A stretch of 64,000 nt of DNA from Somniosus microcephalus (taxonomy: Eukaryota), in NCBI GenBank assembly GCA_052327205.1, contig CM126221.1:24738001-24802000 (forward strand), read 5' to 3'. Positions 38,163 to 48,843 of the stretch are shown piece after piece. Made by a program: the position numbers and the translations under genes. How positions within the stretch are numbered: the stretch's first letter is position 1; each line of letters opens with the position of its first letter. Under the pieces are notes generated by a model. The model had not been told where the DNA came from, searched no databases, and saw only the letters and a list, made by a program, of their open reading frames with translations.

Positions 38163-40106
38163 GTCAGACTCCTGTTATTGAGGTGTTTGGACTTCCGACA
38201 GCGCCAAGAAGCCGTGTAGTGGCAGTTTGGAGAACTACTCCCACTGACTAACTCGGCCACCGCGGGAGACTCGGACTCAGCAACATTTCCGGTTATTGAG
38301 GTGTTGTTTTCGGAGTATGAATTTTGACAGTTAATAGAGAATTACAGATATTTAGGTGCCATTTAAACGAGAGTTTCCTGTGCTGAGAACTTTGAGCTGA
38401 TTAGAGAGATTGTAAAGAAGTGGGTCATATCCAATGAACCTAATTAATTTTTTTGAGCAATAAACTAAAGTAGTAGACAGGGGAATGTCTGTAGATGTAA
38501 TTTATATGGACTTCCAGAAGGCATTTGATAAGGTTCCACATAAGAGACTGTTAGCTAAAATTAAAGCTCATGGAATTGAGGGCAGATTATTGACCTGGTT
38601 AGGAGATTGCTTAGACAGTGGAAACAGAAAGTAGGGATAATGAGTATGCACTCAGATTGGAAGGAAGTGACTAGTGGTGTCCCACAGGGATCTGTGCTGG
38701 GGCCTCAATTATTCACTATATTTATTAATGTCTTAGCGCAATAGCGAGCCATATATCCAAGTTTGCCGATGAGATAATGCGTGGTGGCGTAGTAAGTAGT
38801 GTAGGCGGGAGCATAAAATTACAAAGAGGCATTGATAGATTAATTGTGTGGGTAAAACTGTGGCAGATGGATTCCAATGCAGATAAGTGTGAGGTCATCC
38901 ATTTTGGACCAAGAAAGAATAGATCCAAGTATATTTTTAAATGGTGAAAAGCTAGGAACAGTTGAGATCCAAAGAGATTTAGGGATCACTAAACATACAA
39001 ACATAGAAGATAGGAGCAGGAGTAGGCCATTTGGCCCATCGAGCCTGCTCCGCTATTCAATGATATCATGGCTGATCATCGAAACTCAGTACCCTGTCCC
39101 TGCCTTCTCTCCATATCCCTTGATCCCTTTAGCCTTAAGAAATATATCTAACTCCTTCTTGAATATATTTAATGAATCGGCCTCTACTGCCTTCTGTGGT
39201 AGAGAATTCCACAGGTTCACCACTCTCTGGGTGAAGAAATTCCTCCTCATCTCTGTCCTAAATGGCGTACCCCTTATCCTTAGACTGTGACCCCTGGTTC
39301 TGGACTCCCCGGCCATCGGGAACATCCTTCCTGCATCTAGTCTGTCTAGTCCTGTTAGAATTTTATACGTTTCCATGAGATCCCCTCATTCTTCTAAACT
39401 CCAGCGAGTATAAGCCCAATCGACCCAATCTCTCCTCATACGTCATTCCTGCCATCCCAGGTATCAGCCTGGTGAATCTTCGCTGCACTCCCTCCATGGC
39501 AAGAACATCCTTCCTTAGATAAGGCGACCAAAACTGCACACAATACTCAAGATGTGGTCTCACCAAGGCCCTGTACAACTGCAGCAAGACATCCTTGTTC
39601 CTGTACTCGAACCCTCTCGCTACAAAGGCCAACATACAATTTGCCTTCTTAACCGCCTGCTGCACCTGCATGCTTACCTTCAGCGACTGGTGCACAAGGA
39701 CACCCAGGTCTCGTTGCATTTCCCCTTCTCCCAATCTATTGCCATTCAGATAATAATCTGCCTTCCTGTTTTTGACACCAAAGTGGATAATCTCACATTT
39801 TTCCACGTTATATTGCATCTGCCATGCTTCTGCCCAATCACCCAACCTGTCCAAATCATCCTGTAGTTTCTTAGCATCCTCCTCACAGCACCCACGCCCA
39901 CCCAGCTTTATGTCATCTGCAAACTTGGAGATATTACATCTAGTTCCCTCGTCTAGATCATTAATATATATTGTGAATACCTGTGGTCCTAGGACCGATC
40001 CCTGCGGTACCCCACTAGTCACTGCCTGCCACTCGGAAAAAGACCCGTTTATTCCAACTCTTTGCTTTCTGTCTGCCAACCAGTTCTCTATCCAAGTCAA
40101 TACCTT

Positions 40107-41214
40107 CAATTCAGTTCAATTCAATTCAATTTTATTTGTCATATATGCAGCAGACTTGTGTACTGCACAATGAAATGTTGATTTTTACGAGTCCTCCTAA
40201 CATTGGAATAAATATGGCATAACAATGATAAAAATACTAATAGAAATACTAATAGAAAGACAGTAATAATAAATAAAACAACAGTAATAAATAATAATAA
40301 ATTAATCGTTCATGAGTCTTATGGCCTGTGGGTAGAAGCTGTTTCGAAACCTGTTGGTATGAGACCGTATGCTTCGCTATCTCTTACCGGACGGGAGCAG
40401 GGCAAAGAGGTTGTGGCTGGGGTGACTCGCGTCTTCAATGATTCTCAGGGCCTTCCCCCGGCACCTCTCGGGGTAGATAGCCTGCACAGCAGGTAGTTTA
40501 ATTCCTATAGTGTGTTGTGCAGCTTTCACTACCATCTGTAGAGCCTTGCGGTCTGTGGCGGTGCAGTTGCCATACCAGGTAGTGACGCAGCCGGACAGGA
40601 TACTCTCGATGGTGCACTGGTAGAATTTGGTGAGAATCTGGGGGGCCATTCCAAATTTCTTCAGTCTCCTGAGGAAGAACAGGCATTGGCATGCCTTCTT
40701 GGTTACAACGTTGATGTGATGGGACCACGTTAAGTCCTCCATAATGAATACACCCAGGAATTTGAAGCTGCTGACCCTCTCCACCTCAGCCCCTTTGATG
40801 TAGATGGGGGTGTGTCCCTCCCCCTGCCGCTTCCTGTAATCCTCGATCATCTCCTTTGTTTTGCTGATGTTGAGTGAGAAGTTGTTGTACTTGCACCATT
40901 CTCCTAGGGCTCTTACCTCCTCCCTGTAGCCTGTCTCGTCGCCATCTGTGATCAGGCCTACAACGGTAGTGTCATCAGCAAACTTGATGACGGAGTTGAA
41001 GTTGTGCGTGGCCACGCAATCGTGAGTAAACAGGGAGTACAGGAGGGGGCTGAGCACACAACCCTGGGGAGCTCCCGTGTTCAGGATCAATGTGGAGGAG
41101 GTGTTTCTGCCTATTTTCGCCACCTGGGGCGTTCCCGTCAGGAAGTCCAGGATCCAGTTGCATAGGGAGGTGTTAAGTCCTAGCTCACTGAGCTTGTTGA
41201 CAAGCTTGGAGGGG
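40107..41214 (-). mobile_element. Rex1/Babar LINE, 5'-truncated
   Basis: [28 protein letters not shown] and [15 protein letters not shown] motifs, a (TTGAA)n tail, and TSD ATACCTT (40100-40106, 41215-41221). Confidence 0.92.
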
Positions 41215-41777
41215 ATACCTTGCCCCCAATCCCATGTGCCTTAACTTTACACGCTAATCTCTTATGCGGGACCTTATCGAAAGCCTTCTGAAAGTCCAAA
41301 TACACCACATCCATTTGTTCTCCCTATATCTATTTTACGAGTTACATCCTCAAAAAATTCCAGTAGATTAGTCAAGCATGATTTATCTTTTGTAAATCCA
41401 TGTTGACTTTGTCCGATCCTGTCACTGTTTTCCAAGTGCTCTGCTATTACATCTTTTATAATGGACTCTAGCATTTTCCCCACTACCAATGTCAGGCTTA
41501 CGGGTCTATAATTCCCCGTTTTCTCTCTGCCACCTTTTTTGAATAGTGGGGTAAAATTAGCTACTCTCCAATCCATGGGTACTGTTCCAGAGTCTATCGA
41601 ATTTTGGAAGATGACCAGCAATGCATCTACTATTTCTAGGGCCACTTCCTTAAGTACCCTAGGATGTAGATTATCAGGCCCTGGGGATTTATCGGCCTTC
41701 AATCCCATCAATTTCCCCAACACCATTTCCCTACAAACACTGATTTCTTTCAGTTCCTCCCACTCATTAGACCCTAT

Positions 41778-43394
41778 GGCCTAGAAATTGGGTATAGCCC
41801 CGCTTGGGGCGCTAGAATTGGCGCAGCGCAAAGTTTATAGCCAGACGCAACTTATCGCCACCTGGCGCGATATTGGGTTGCATCGACCCTAAAGGTGATT
41901 GAGGCGCGAATTCAGGCATTACACGGGACTCCTAAGGCGCTAAACTTTCGGCGCAACCCAATATCGGAGCGGATGGGCGCAGCGCAGGTGCTCTCAATTA
42001 CCGATGACCACGAGACTTCCAGGCGCCGGCCAGCTCTTAAAGGGGTGGGTCAGTCAGCTCCAGCATCCACACTCTGCGCCTTGTAGGCCTCAGAATCGGC
42101 GCAGGCCCTTCTCTGGTGCTAAAAACTTGGACCAGATGGAGAAGGTGAGACAGAGAGCAGAGCGCTTCACCAACGAGGCTCTGGAGCAATTGGTGGCTGC
42201 AGTGGTGCGCCGGCGAGATGTTCTCTACCCAGACAATGGCAGGAGGCCGAATCATAAGGACTACCGACGAGCTTGGAGGGATGTATGCCAGAGAGTCAAC
42301 TCCAGCAGCATGGCGACCAGGAGCCCTGTCCAATGCAGAAAGAAATTCAACGACCTCACTCGGGTCGTGAGGGTGAGTGTTGTTTCTGCAAACTTCTGCA
42401 TCCCTTCATTTGCACCTGACTTTATGGCTACAGGGTGGGCTGTGCCCCATTGGCCATCTGCCACCAAGCACCCATGGCCCTTTCTGGGCTCACACATGCA
42501 CATTTGACTCAAGGCGTCATGTAAGGGCTCTTGCACCATGGGGGGCATGAGATGATCACTCAGGGCATCATGTAACATAACTTCCCCTCCTTTACCCTGC
42601 GGTCCAAGCTGGCGAGGATTCGCAAAGACCAGCTTCGCACCAGTGGAGGACCTCCACAAGTGGATCTCGAGGAGAGAGTCCACCAGATTCTTGGAGGACG
42701 TCTGAGTGGTCCTGTAACCACTGCAGCTGCCGACCCCATTGTCGACAGCGATGGTAAGGTTCTCACCTTTTACAAATGTCTCCTTCCACTTGTTCCCCCC
42801 GCCAGCATGCTTTCTCACTGTGGACCCATGTCATAGCCTTGCCGCAATCTGGCATCCCTTGCTGCCAAGCTGTCCTTTTGCTAAAGCCACTCTTCCATCT
42901 CCCTGCTTTCAGATGCTTCATCACCAGCTCGGGAGCCGGGCCCTCAAGCTGCCAGTGCCAGTGCCTCCGAAGGCTCAATGAGAAAGTACTGTCCAACAGA
43001 AGGTCAGCAACTCTCTCCAGCAACGATCAGAATGGCCAGCCCAAATGGCTGCAGCTTTTATACTAGTGCTGTCCCCTTTAAAGAGCGCCCCCCGAGTCCG
43101 AGAAGGGCCTGGGAACGCTCCATCCAACTGTCACTAATAGCGCCAAGCGGAAAGGTTGCGGGCGCCACCGAATATCCGGTCCGGGGCGCAAAAAAGGCAT
43201 TGCACACTGAAATGACGTCATGATCTGCCTGCGACCGCGGGCGCGCACGCAAAGTGTTAGCGCTGGCGCTAAAAGGATACTCAATATGGGAGGTGGCGCT
43301 ATATTCACTGCGCCCGCCCGAAAATTGGGTAACGCCCCAATTCTCGGACTCATTAGGCGCTAATCGCTGGCGCTACCAACCGAATTTCTAGGCC
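41778..43394 (+). mobile_element. Non-autonomous Harbinger derivative retaining a Myb/SANT gene remnant
   Basis: TIR GGCCTAGAAATT and TSD TAT (41775-41777, 43395-43397). Myb exon 1 at 42136-42372 with a GTGAGT donor. No transposase. Confidence 0.92.
42136..43030 (+). pseudogene. Myb/SANT (MADF-like) DNA-binding gene remnant
   Basis: MEKVRQRAERFTNEALEQLV...QCRKKFNDLTRVVR. The exon 2 acceptor reads CGG instead of CAG (42600-42602), and exon 3 is truncated. Confidence 0.8.
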
Positions 43395-44123
43395 TATGTT
43401 CCCCAACATCTCTGGGAGGTTATTTGTGTCTTCCTTTGTGAAGACAGAACCAAAGTATGTATTTAATTGGTCTGCCATTTCTTTGTTCCCCATGATCAAT
43501 TCCCCTGATTTTGACTGCAAGGGACCTACGCTTGACTTCACCAATCTTTTTCTCTTCACATATCTATAGAAGCTTTTACAGTCAGTGTTTATATTCCCTG
43601 CAAGCTTACTCTCATATTTTATTTTCCCCCTCTTAATTAATCCCTTTGTCGTCCTTTGCTGAATCCTAAACTGCTCCCAACCCTCAGTTTTGCTGCTTTT
43701 TCTGGCCAATTTATATGTCCTCTCCTTGGATCTTATGCTATCCCTAATTTCCCTTGTTAGCCACGGTTGAGTCATCTTTTTTGTTTTATTTTTATGCCAA
43801 ACAGGGATGAAGAAATTCTGTAGTTCATCCATGCGATCTTTAAATGTTTGCGATTGCCTATCCACCGTCAACCATTTAAGTAACATTCCCCATCCATCCT
43901 GGTCAACTTGCGCCTCATACCAGACTCTACCACCAGCCAAAAAAGTTTCTCTCTATCTACCCTAACAATTCCTTTCAAAATTCTAAAAACTTCAATCAAA
44001 TCACTCCTTAACCTTCTATATTCCTGGGGCTACAAGCCTAGTTTATGTAATCTCTCCATGTAGTTTAACCCTTGGAGCCTTAGTAACATTCTGGTGAATC
44101 TGCATTCGCCTTTTTGATTATTT

Positions 44124-45650
44124 CTGGTAGAAATAGTAGATGCATTGCTGGTCATCTTCCAAAATTCTATAGACTCTGGAATAGTTCCCATGGATTGGAG
44201 GGTAGCTAATGTAACCACACTATTTAAAAAAGGTGGTAGAGAGAAAATGGGGAATTATAGACCGGTAAGCCTGACATCGGTAGTGGGGAAAATGCTAGAG
44301 TCCATTATAAAAGATGTAATAGCAGAGCACTTGGAAAACAGTGACAGGATCGGACAAAGTCAACATGGATTTACAAAAGGTAAATCATGCTTGACTAATC
44401 TACTGGAATTTTTTGAGGATGTAACTGGTAGAATAGATAAGGGAGAACCAGTGGATGTGGTGTATTTGGACTTTCAGAAGGCTTTCGATAAGGTCCCGCA
44501 TAAGAGATTGGCGTGCAAAGTTAAAGCACATGGGATTGGGGGTAAGGTACTGACTTGGATAGAGAACTGGTTGGCAGACAGGAAACAAAGAGTTGGAATA
44601 AACGGGTCTTTTTCCAAGTGGCAGGCAGTGACTAGTGGGGTACCGCAGGGATCGGTGCTAGGACCCCAGCTATTCACAATATATATTAATGATCTAGACG
44701 AGGGAACTAGATGTAATATCTCCAAGTTTGCAGACGACACAAAGCTGGGTGGGCATGTGTGCTGTGAGGAGGATGCAGAGAAACTCCAGTATGATTTGGA
44801 CAGGTTGGGTGATTGGGCAGATGCATGGCAGATGCAGTATAATGTGGATAAAGGTGAGGTTATCCACTTTGGTGGCAAAAACAGGAAGGCAGATTATTAT
44901 CTGAACGGCAATAGATTGGGAAAAGGGGAACTGCAACGAGATCTGGGTGTCCTTGTGCACCAGTCGCTGAAGGTAAGCATGCAGGTGCAGCAGGCGGTTA
45001 AGAAAGCAAATGGTATGTTGGCCTTCATAGCGAGAGGATTTGAGTACAGGAGCAAGGATGTCTTGCTGCAGTTGTACAGGGCCTTGGTGAGACCACACCT
45101 TGAGTATTGTGTGCAGTTTTGGTCACCTTATCTGAGGAAGGATGTTCTTGCCATGGAGGGAGTGCAGCGAAGATTCACCAGGCTGATACCTGGGATGGCA
45201 GGAATGACGTATGAGGAGAGATTGGGTCGATTGGGCTTATACTCGCTGGAGTTTAGAAGAATGAGAGGGGATCTCATTGAAACTTATAAAATTCTAACAG
45301 GACTAGACAGACTAGATGCAGGAAGGATGTTCCCGATGGCAGGGGAGTCCAGAACCAGGGGTCACAGTCTAAGGATAAGGGGTAAGCCATTTAGGACTGA
45401 GATGAGGAATTTCTTCACCCAGAGAGTGGTGAACCTGTGGAATTCTCTACCACAGAAGGCAGTTAAGGCCAGCTTATTAAATATATTTAAGAAGGAGTTA
45501 GATATATTTCTTAAGGCTAAGGGGATCAAGGGATATGGGGAGAAAGTAGGGATAGGGTACTGAATTTAGATGATCAGCCATGATCTCATTAAATGGCGGA
45601 ACAGGCTCGAGGGGCCGAATGGCCTACTCCTGCTCCTATCTTCTATGTTT
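44124..45650 (+). mobile_element. Young 5'-truncated CR1 with an open 472-aa RT frame
   Basis: ORF 44145-45563 has a complete RT (NYRPVSLTS, YLDFQKAFDKV, PQGSVLGP, FADD). Near-identical in reverse to 38989-41640. Confidence 0.95.
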
Positions 45651-46325
45651 CTAGGACAAGGGGACATAACCTTAAAATCAGAGCCAGGGCACTCAGGAGA
45701 GAAGTTAGGAAACACTTCTTCACACAAAAAGTGGTAGAAGTGTGGAACACTCTCCCACGTAAAGCAGTAGATGCTAACTTAATTAATAATTTTAAATCTG
45801 AGATGGATAGATTTTTGCTAGCCAGAAGTCTTAAAGGATATAAGGTGGGTGGATGGAGTTAGGATACAGATCAGCCACAGGCTTGAGGGGCTGAATGGCC
45901 TACTCCTGTTCCTAATAATTGTCTGGGCTCTGTATATTTTTTTCTAAATTGAATTTATGTCAAGGGACTTTTTTTTTCCCCAAATGTGCATCTTTGGTGT
46001 TAATAGTCCCAGTAGAGGTCTTCCCTCGAACAGGAGTTTGTATCAAACAAACTCTGCCAACAGTCACATGAAAAGTTTAAAAACAACAGCGGGTGAAAGA
46101 AATTTACCCACTATTGTTATGACCTGGAATGCACTGCCTGAAAGGATGATGGAAGCAGATTCAGTAGTAACTTTCACAAGAGATGTGTATATAGAATTGA
46201 AAAAGAAAATGTTGCAGGGCTATGGGGATACAACAGGGGAGTGGGGCTAATTGGATAGCTCTTTCAAAGAGCTGGCACAGGCACAATGGGCCGAATGGCC
46301 TCCTTCTGTGCTGTATGATTCTAGG
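45651..46325 (+). mobile_element. Old CR1 3' fragments
   Basis: RTRGHNLKIRA...VWNTLP (45651-45915) and TWNALPERMMEADS (46110-46325). Confidence 0.75.
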
Positions 46326-47148
46326 AACTTAGTGAATGTAAGATGGCTGAAGCAGGCTCCTGAATGTCTTTTACTTGCCTTCTGCCTGCCACGATTCCCA
46401 TGATAGAAAGTCATCAAAATATCAGAAAGAGGAGGCTGTTTTGGAGTTGACACGTTGATCATTATCTTGTTTGGCTCCTACCTCAACGACCTCCTCTGGT
46501 AATCGTGAATAGGAACCCAAAGGCCATACAGGGGAAAACCCGTTAATGATTTAGGTCTAGCTCTCTGAAGCCATTGGACAATGCCAAACCTCATGCACTG
46601 AACACATCAGAGACACATTGGACAGTTGAACATCTGTGTGAGGCATCTATGAAGCTGGGGGCTTACTAGAAACCATCCAAATGTGGGTCGATGGACATTG
46701 CCATTATCTTGTTTCCCAGAAAGGAGAATAAGTGTGGGAACTGTGGGCAACCCCGTCTAAAGTTGGCTGCAGGTTTTGAACACCAGAAATGTGGCTGTCT
46801 GCAATTAATCACCTTGGCCTAGAAATTCAGTTGGGCGCGCCAGCCGTTAGCGCCTTAGGAGGAGTAGATCTCGAGCGCTAGGCGCTTATCGCCCGGGCGC
46901 AGCGCGATCTGCGCCTCTCCCCAACTTCAGGACACATTTAGCGCCGGCGCAAAGTCTTAGCGCGCGCCCTGCTGCGCGCGCAGATCATGACGTCATTTAA
47001 TAGTGCAACGCCCTTTGTGCGCCCCAAACCGGAACTTCACTCGCACCGGCCCATTGTGCGCCGGGCGGCCCGAGCGACTGTGAAGTGGAACGGTACACAG
47101 GCCAGCCGGGCCGCGGGGAGCGCTAATTAAAGGGCACTTACCCAGCAG

Positions 47149-47154
47149 TATAAA
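47149..47154 (+). promoter_or_regulatory. Candidate TATA box of the Harbinger transposase
   Basis: TATAAA about 170 bp upstream of the ATG. A similar block occurs in reverse at the matching end of the 41778-43394 derivative. Confidence 0.5.
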
Positions 47155-47321
47155 GGCCAGCCATTTTGCAGCATTCACTCTTGTGCAAAGGTTTTTTGGA
47201 CAGAGACCAAGGAGGAGAGTTTACTGGTTTGGACCAACACTTGGACAGGCATTTTTGGCTCAGGCCAGAGCTTACCAATTATCTTTGCCTTCATTCAGAG
47301 CTCAGTGTTTGCCAGCATATA

Positions 47322-48467
47322 ATGGGGGCTGCATTGGGTGGCAACGCTGAATTTCAGCCTTATGCCAGAAGGGCTTACAGACGCCGTGAGAGAGTGGCAG
47401 CCCTGGCTAGACGCAGAGGGGGCAACAGGCGTCGCCAACTGAGGCCTTACCCACGCAGGGTATACCGCCAGCAGACCTCCTATCTGACCATGTCTGCTGC
47501 GATGTGTGTTAGGAGGCTGCGATTCCGAAGGGAAGTGGTTGCAGACATCTGCCGGCTGCTTCAGAGAGATCTGCAGCCACAGCTGATGCGCAGGACGTCT
47601 CTGTCGGTGGCAGTGAAGGTGACGGTGGCTCTCAACTTCTATGCCTCCGGCTCCTTCCAATCCGCTACTAGGGACATCGCTAACATCTCCCAGTTCGCCG
47701 TGCATTGCTGCATCCGCCAGGTGACCGAAGCCCTTTTCAGAAGGAGATATCAATTCATCTCCTTCCCCATGACCCTGGACAAGCAGCAGCAGCGTGCAGT
47801 GGGGTTTGCAAGAATAGCGGGCTTCCCCATGGTGCAGGGCGCCATTGACTGCACGCATGTGGCTTTGCGGGCACCTCTTGAGCATGCCGAGGAGTACCGC
47901 AACCGGAAGGGCTACCATTCCCTCAATGTACAGCTGGTGTGTGACCACAGGCAGCGCATCCTAGCTGTCAATGCCCGCTTTCCAGGCAGCAGCCACGATG
48001 CCTTTATCCTGCGACAGACAACTGTGGCTGACATGTTCCAGGCACAGCCTCCCCCAAGAGGATGGCTTATCGGGGACAAAGGCTATCCTTTGTGTACCTG
48101 GCTCATGACCCCGCTCCGCGCGCCCACGACCCCTGCTGAAGAGGCATACAACGAGAGCCATCAAGCGACGAGGAACCTCATAGAACAAACAATCGGCGTG
48201 CTCAAGCAACGGTTCCGCTGTCTCGATCGCTCCGGGGGAGCCCTCCAGTATTCGCAGGATCGAGTCTCCCAATTCGTCGTCGTTTGCTGCATGCTGCACA
48301 ACCTGGCTATCCGCAGGACTCAGGCACTGCCACCTCACGTTGGACCACCACCTCAGGAGGAGGAGCAGGAGGAGCATGAGGACAACGAGGACGAGGAGTA
48401 CCAGCCCAGGAGGGACGCACAAGGTCCAAGGGCCGCCCGTCGGCGGCTTATTGAACGTCACTTCTAG
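47322..48467 (+). CDS. Harbinger DDE transposase (HARBI1-like family), 381 aa, intact
   Basis: Motifs ALNFYASGSFQ, GAIDCTHV, NRKGYHSLNVQ, PGSSHDA, IGDKGY and RNLIEQTIGVLKQRFRCL. First ATG at 47322. Confidence 0.95.
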   Translation: MGAALGGNAEFQPYARRAYRRRERVAALARRRGGNRRRQLRPYPRRVYRQQTSYLTMSAAMCVRRLRFRREVVADICRLLQRDLQPQLMRRTSLSVAVKVTVALNFYASGSFQSATRDIANISQFAVHCCIRQVTEALFRRRYQFISFPMTLDKQQQRAVGFARIAGFPMVQGAIDCTHVALRAPLEHAEEYRNRKGYHSLNVQLVCDHRQRILAVNARFPGSSHDAFILRQTTVADMFQAQPPPRGWLIGDKGYPLCTWLMTPLRAPTTPAEEAYNESHQATRNLIEQTIGVLKQRFRCLDRSGGALQYSQDRVSQFVVVCCMLHNLAIRRTQALPPHVGPPPQEEEQEEHEDNEDEEYQPRRDAQGPRAARRRLIERHF

Positions 48468-48580
48468 GCCCCCTGTCAGGGAATGGCTTGTGCCAATGAC
48501 AGAACATGATTGCAGCCGCTCCGCAAGCCCTCAGCCGGTTAAGGCAACAAACACTTCAAAGATCAAACATGGACAATGTG

Positions 48581-48600
48581 AATAAATAAAATGCTTTATT
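48581..48600. terminator. Convergent polyadenylation signals between the two Harbinger genes
   Basis: AATAAA on + (48581-48586) and on - (TTTATT at 48595-48600). Confidence 0.65.
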
Positions 48601-48843
48601 GTACAAACTCTGGGCCCTTCCCACATGAAAACCAAAAAAAGACGAAACCCCCAAAAAACACTCAAACACATTACTCGCTCCCACAACCTGGAGACGATTA
48701 ACAAAATAGGGCAACTAAAATGGCCGTCATTCTCGGCCTTCGTCCAAAACAAACATCACATCATCGGCCTTCAAAAAACAAACATCCAATTCTCGGCCTC
48801 AAGAAACAAACACAAATGGCCACACATTCGACTATTTGGCCCG

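Larger units (their letters stand above)
35917..38381 (-). mobile_element. pogo/Tigger DNA transposon (Jerky-like transposase), decayed
   Basis: Imperfect terminal inverted similarity (GGAAACT...GGCACC at both ends). It interrupts the CR1 ORF2. Confidence 0.85.
33561..38988 (+). mobile_element. Old CR1 ORF2 serving as host for nested insertions
   Basis: Collinear pieces: SDHTMIKF (33561-33677), 34245-34602, KSPGPD/NYRPVSLTS (35413-35916) and RT (38383-38988). It continues at 43921-44125 (inverted) and 45651-45915. Confidence 0.82.
38989..43920 (-). mobile_element. Young CR1 LINE interrupted by Rex1 and a Harbinger derivative
   Basis: ORF pieces 39086-39376, 39363-40109, 41274-41726 and 43398-43920 are collinear CR1 ORF2. 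The tail is at 38989. Confidence 0.93.

Noticed and set aside
47322-48467. Host gene HARBI1
   Set aside because: The ORF is intronless and lies between perfect TIRs with a TSD and a Myb partner, so it is a transposon gene.
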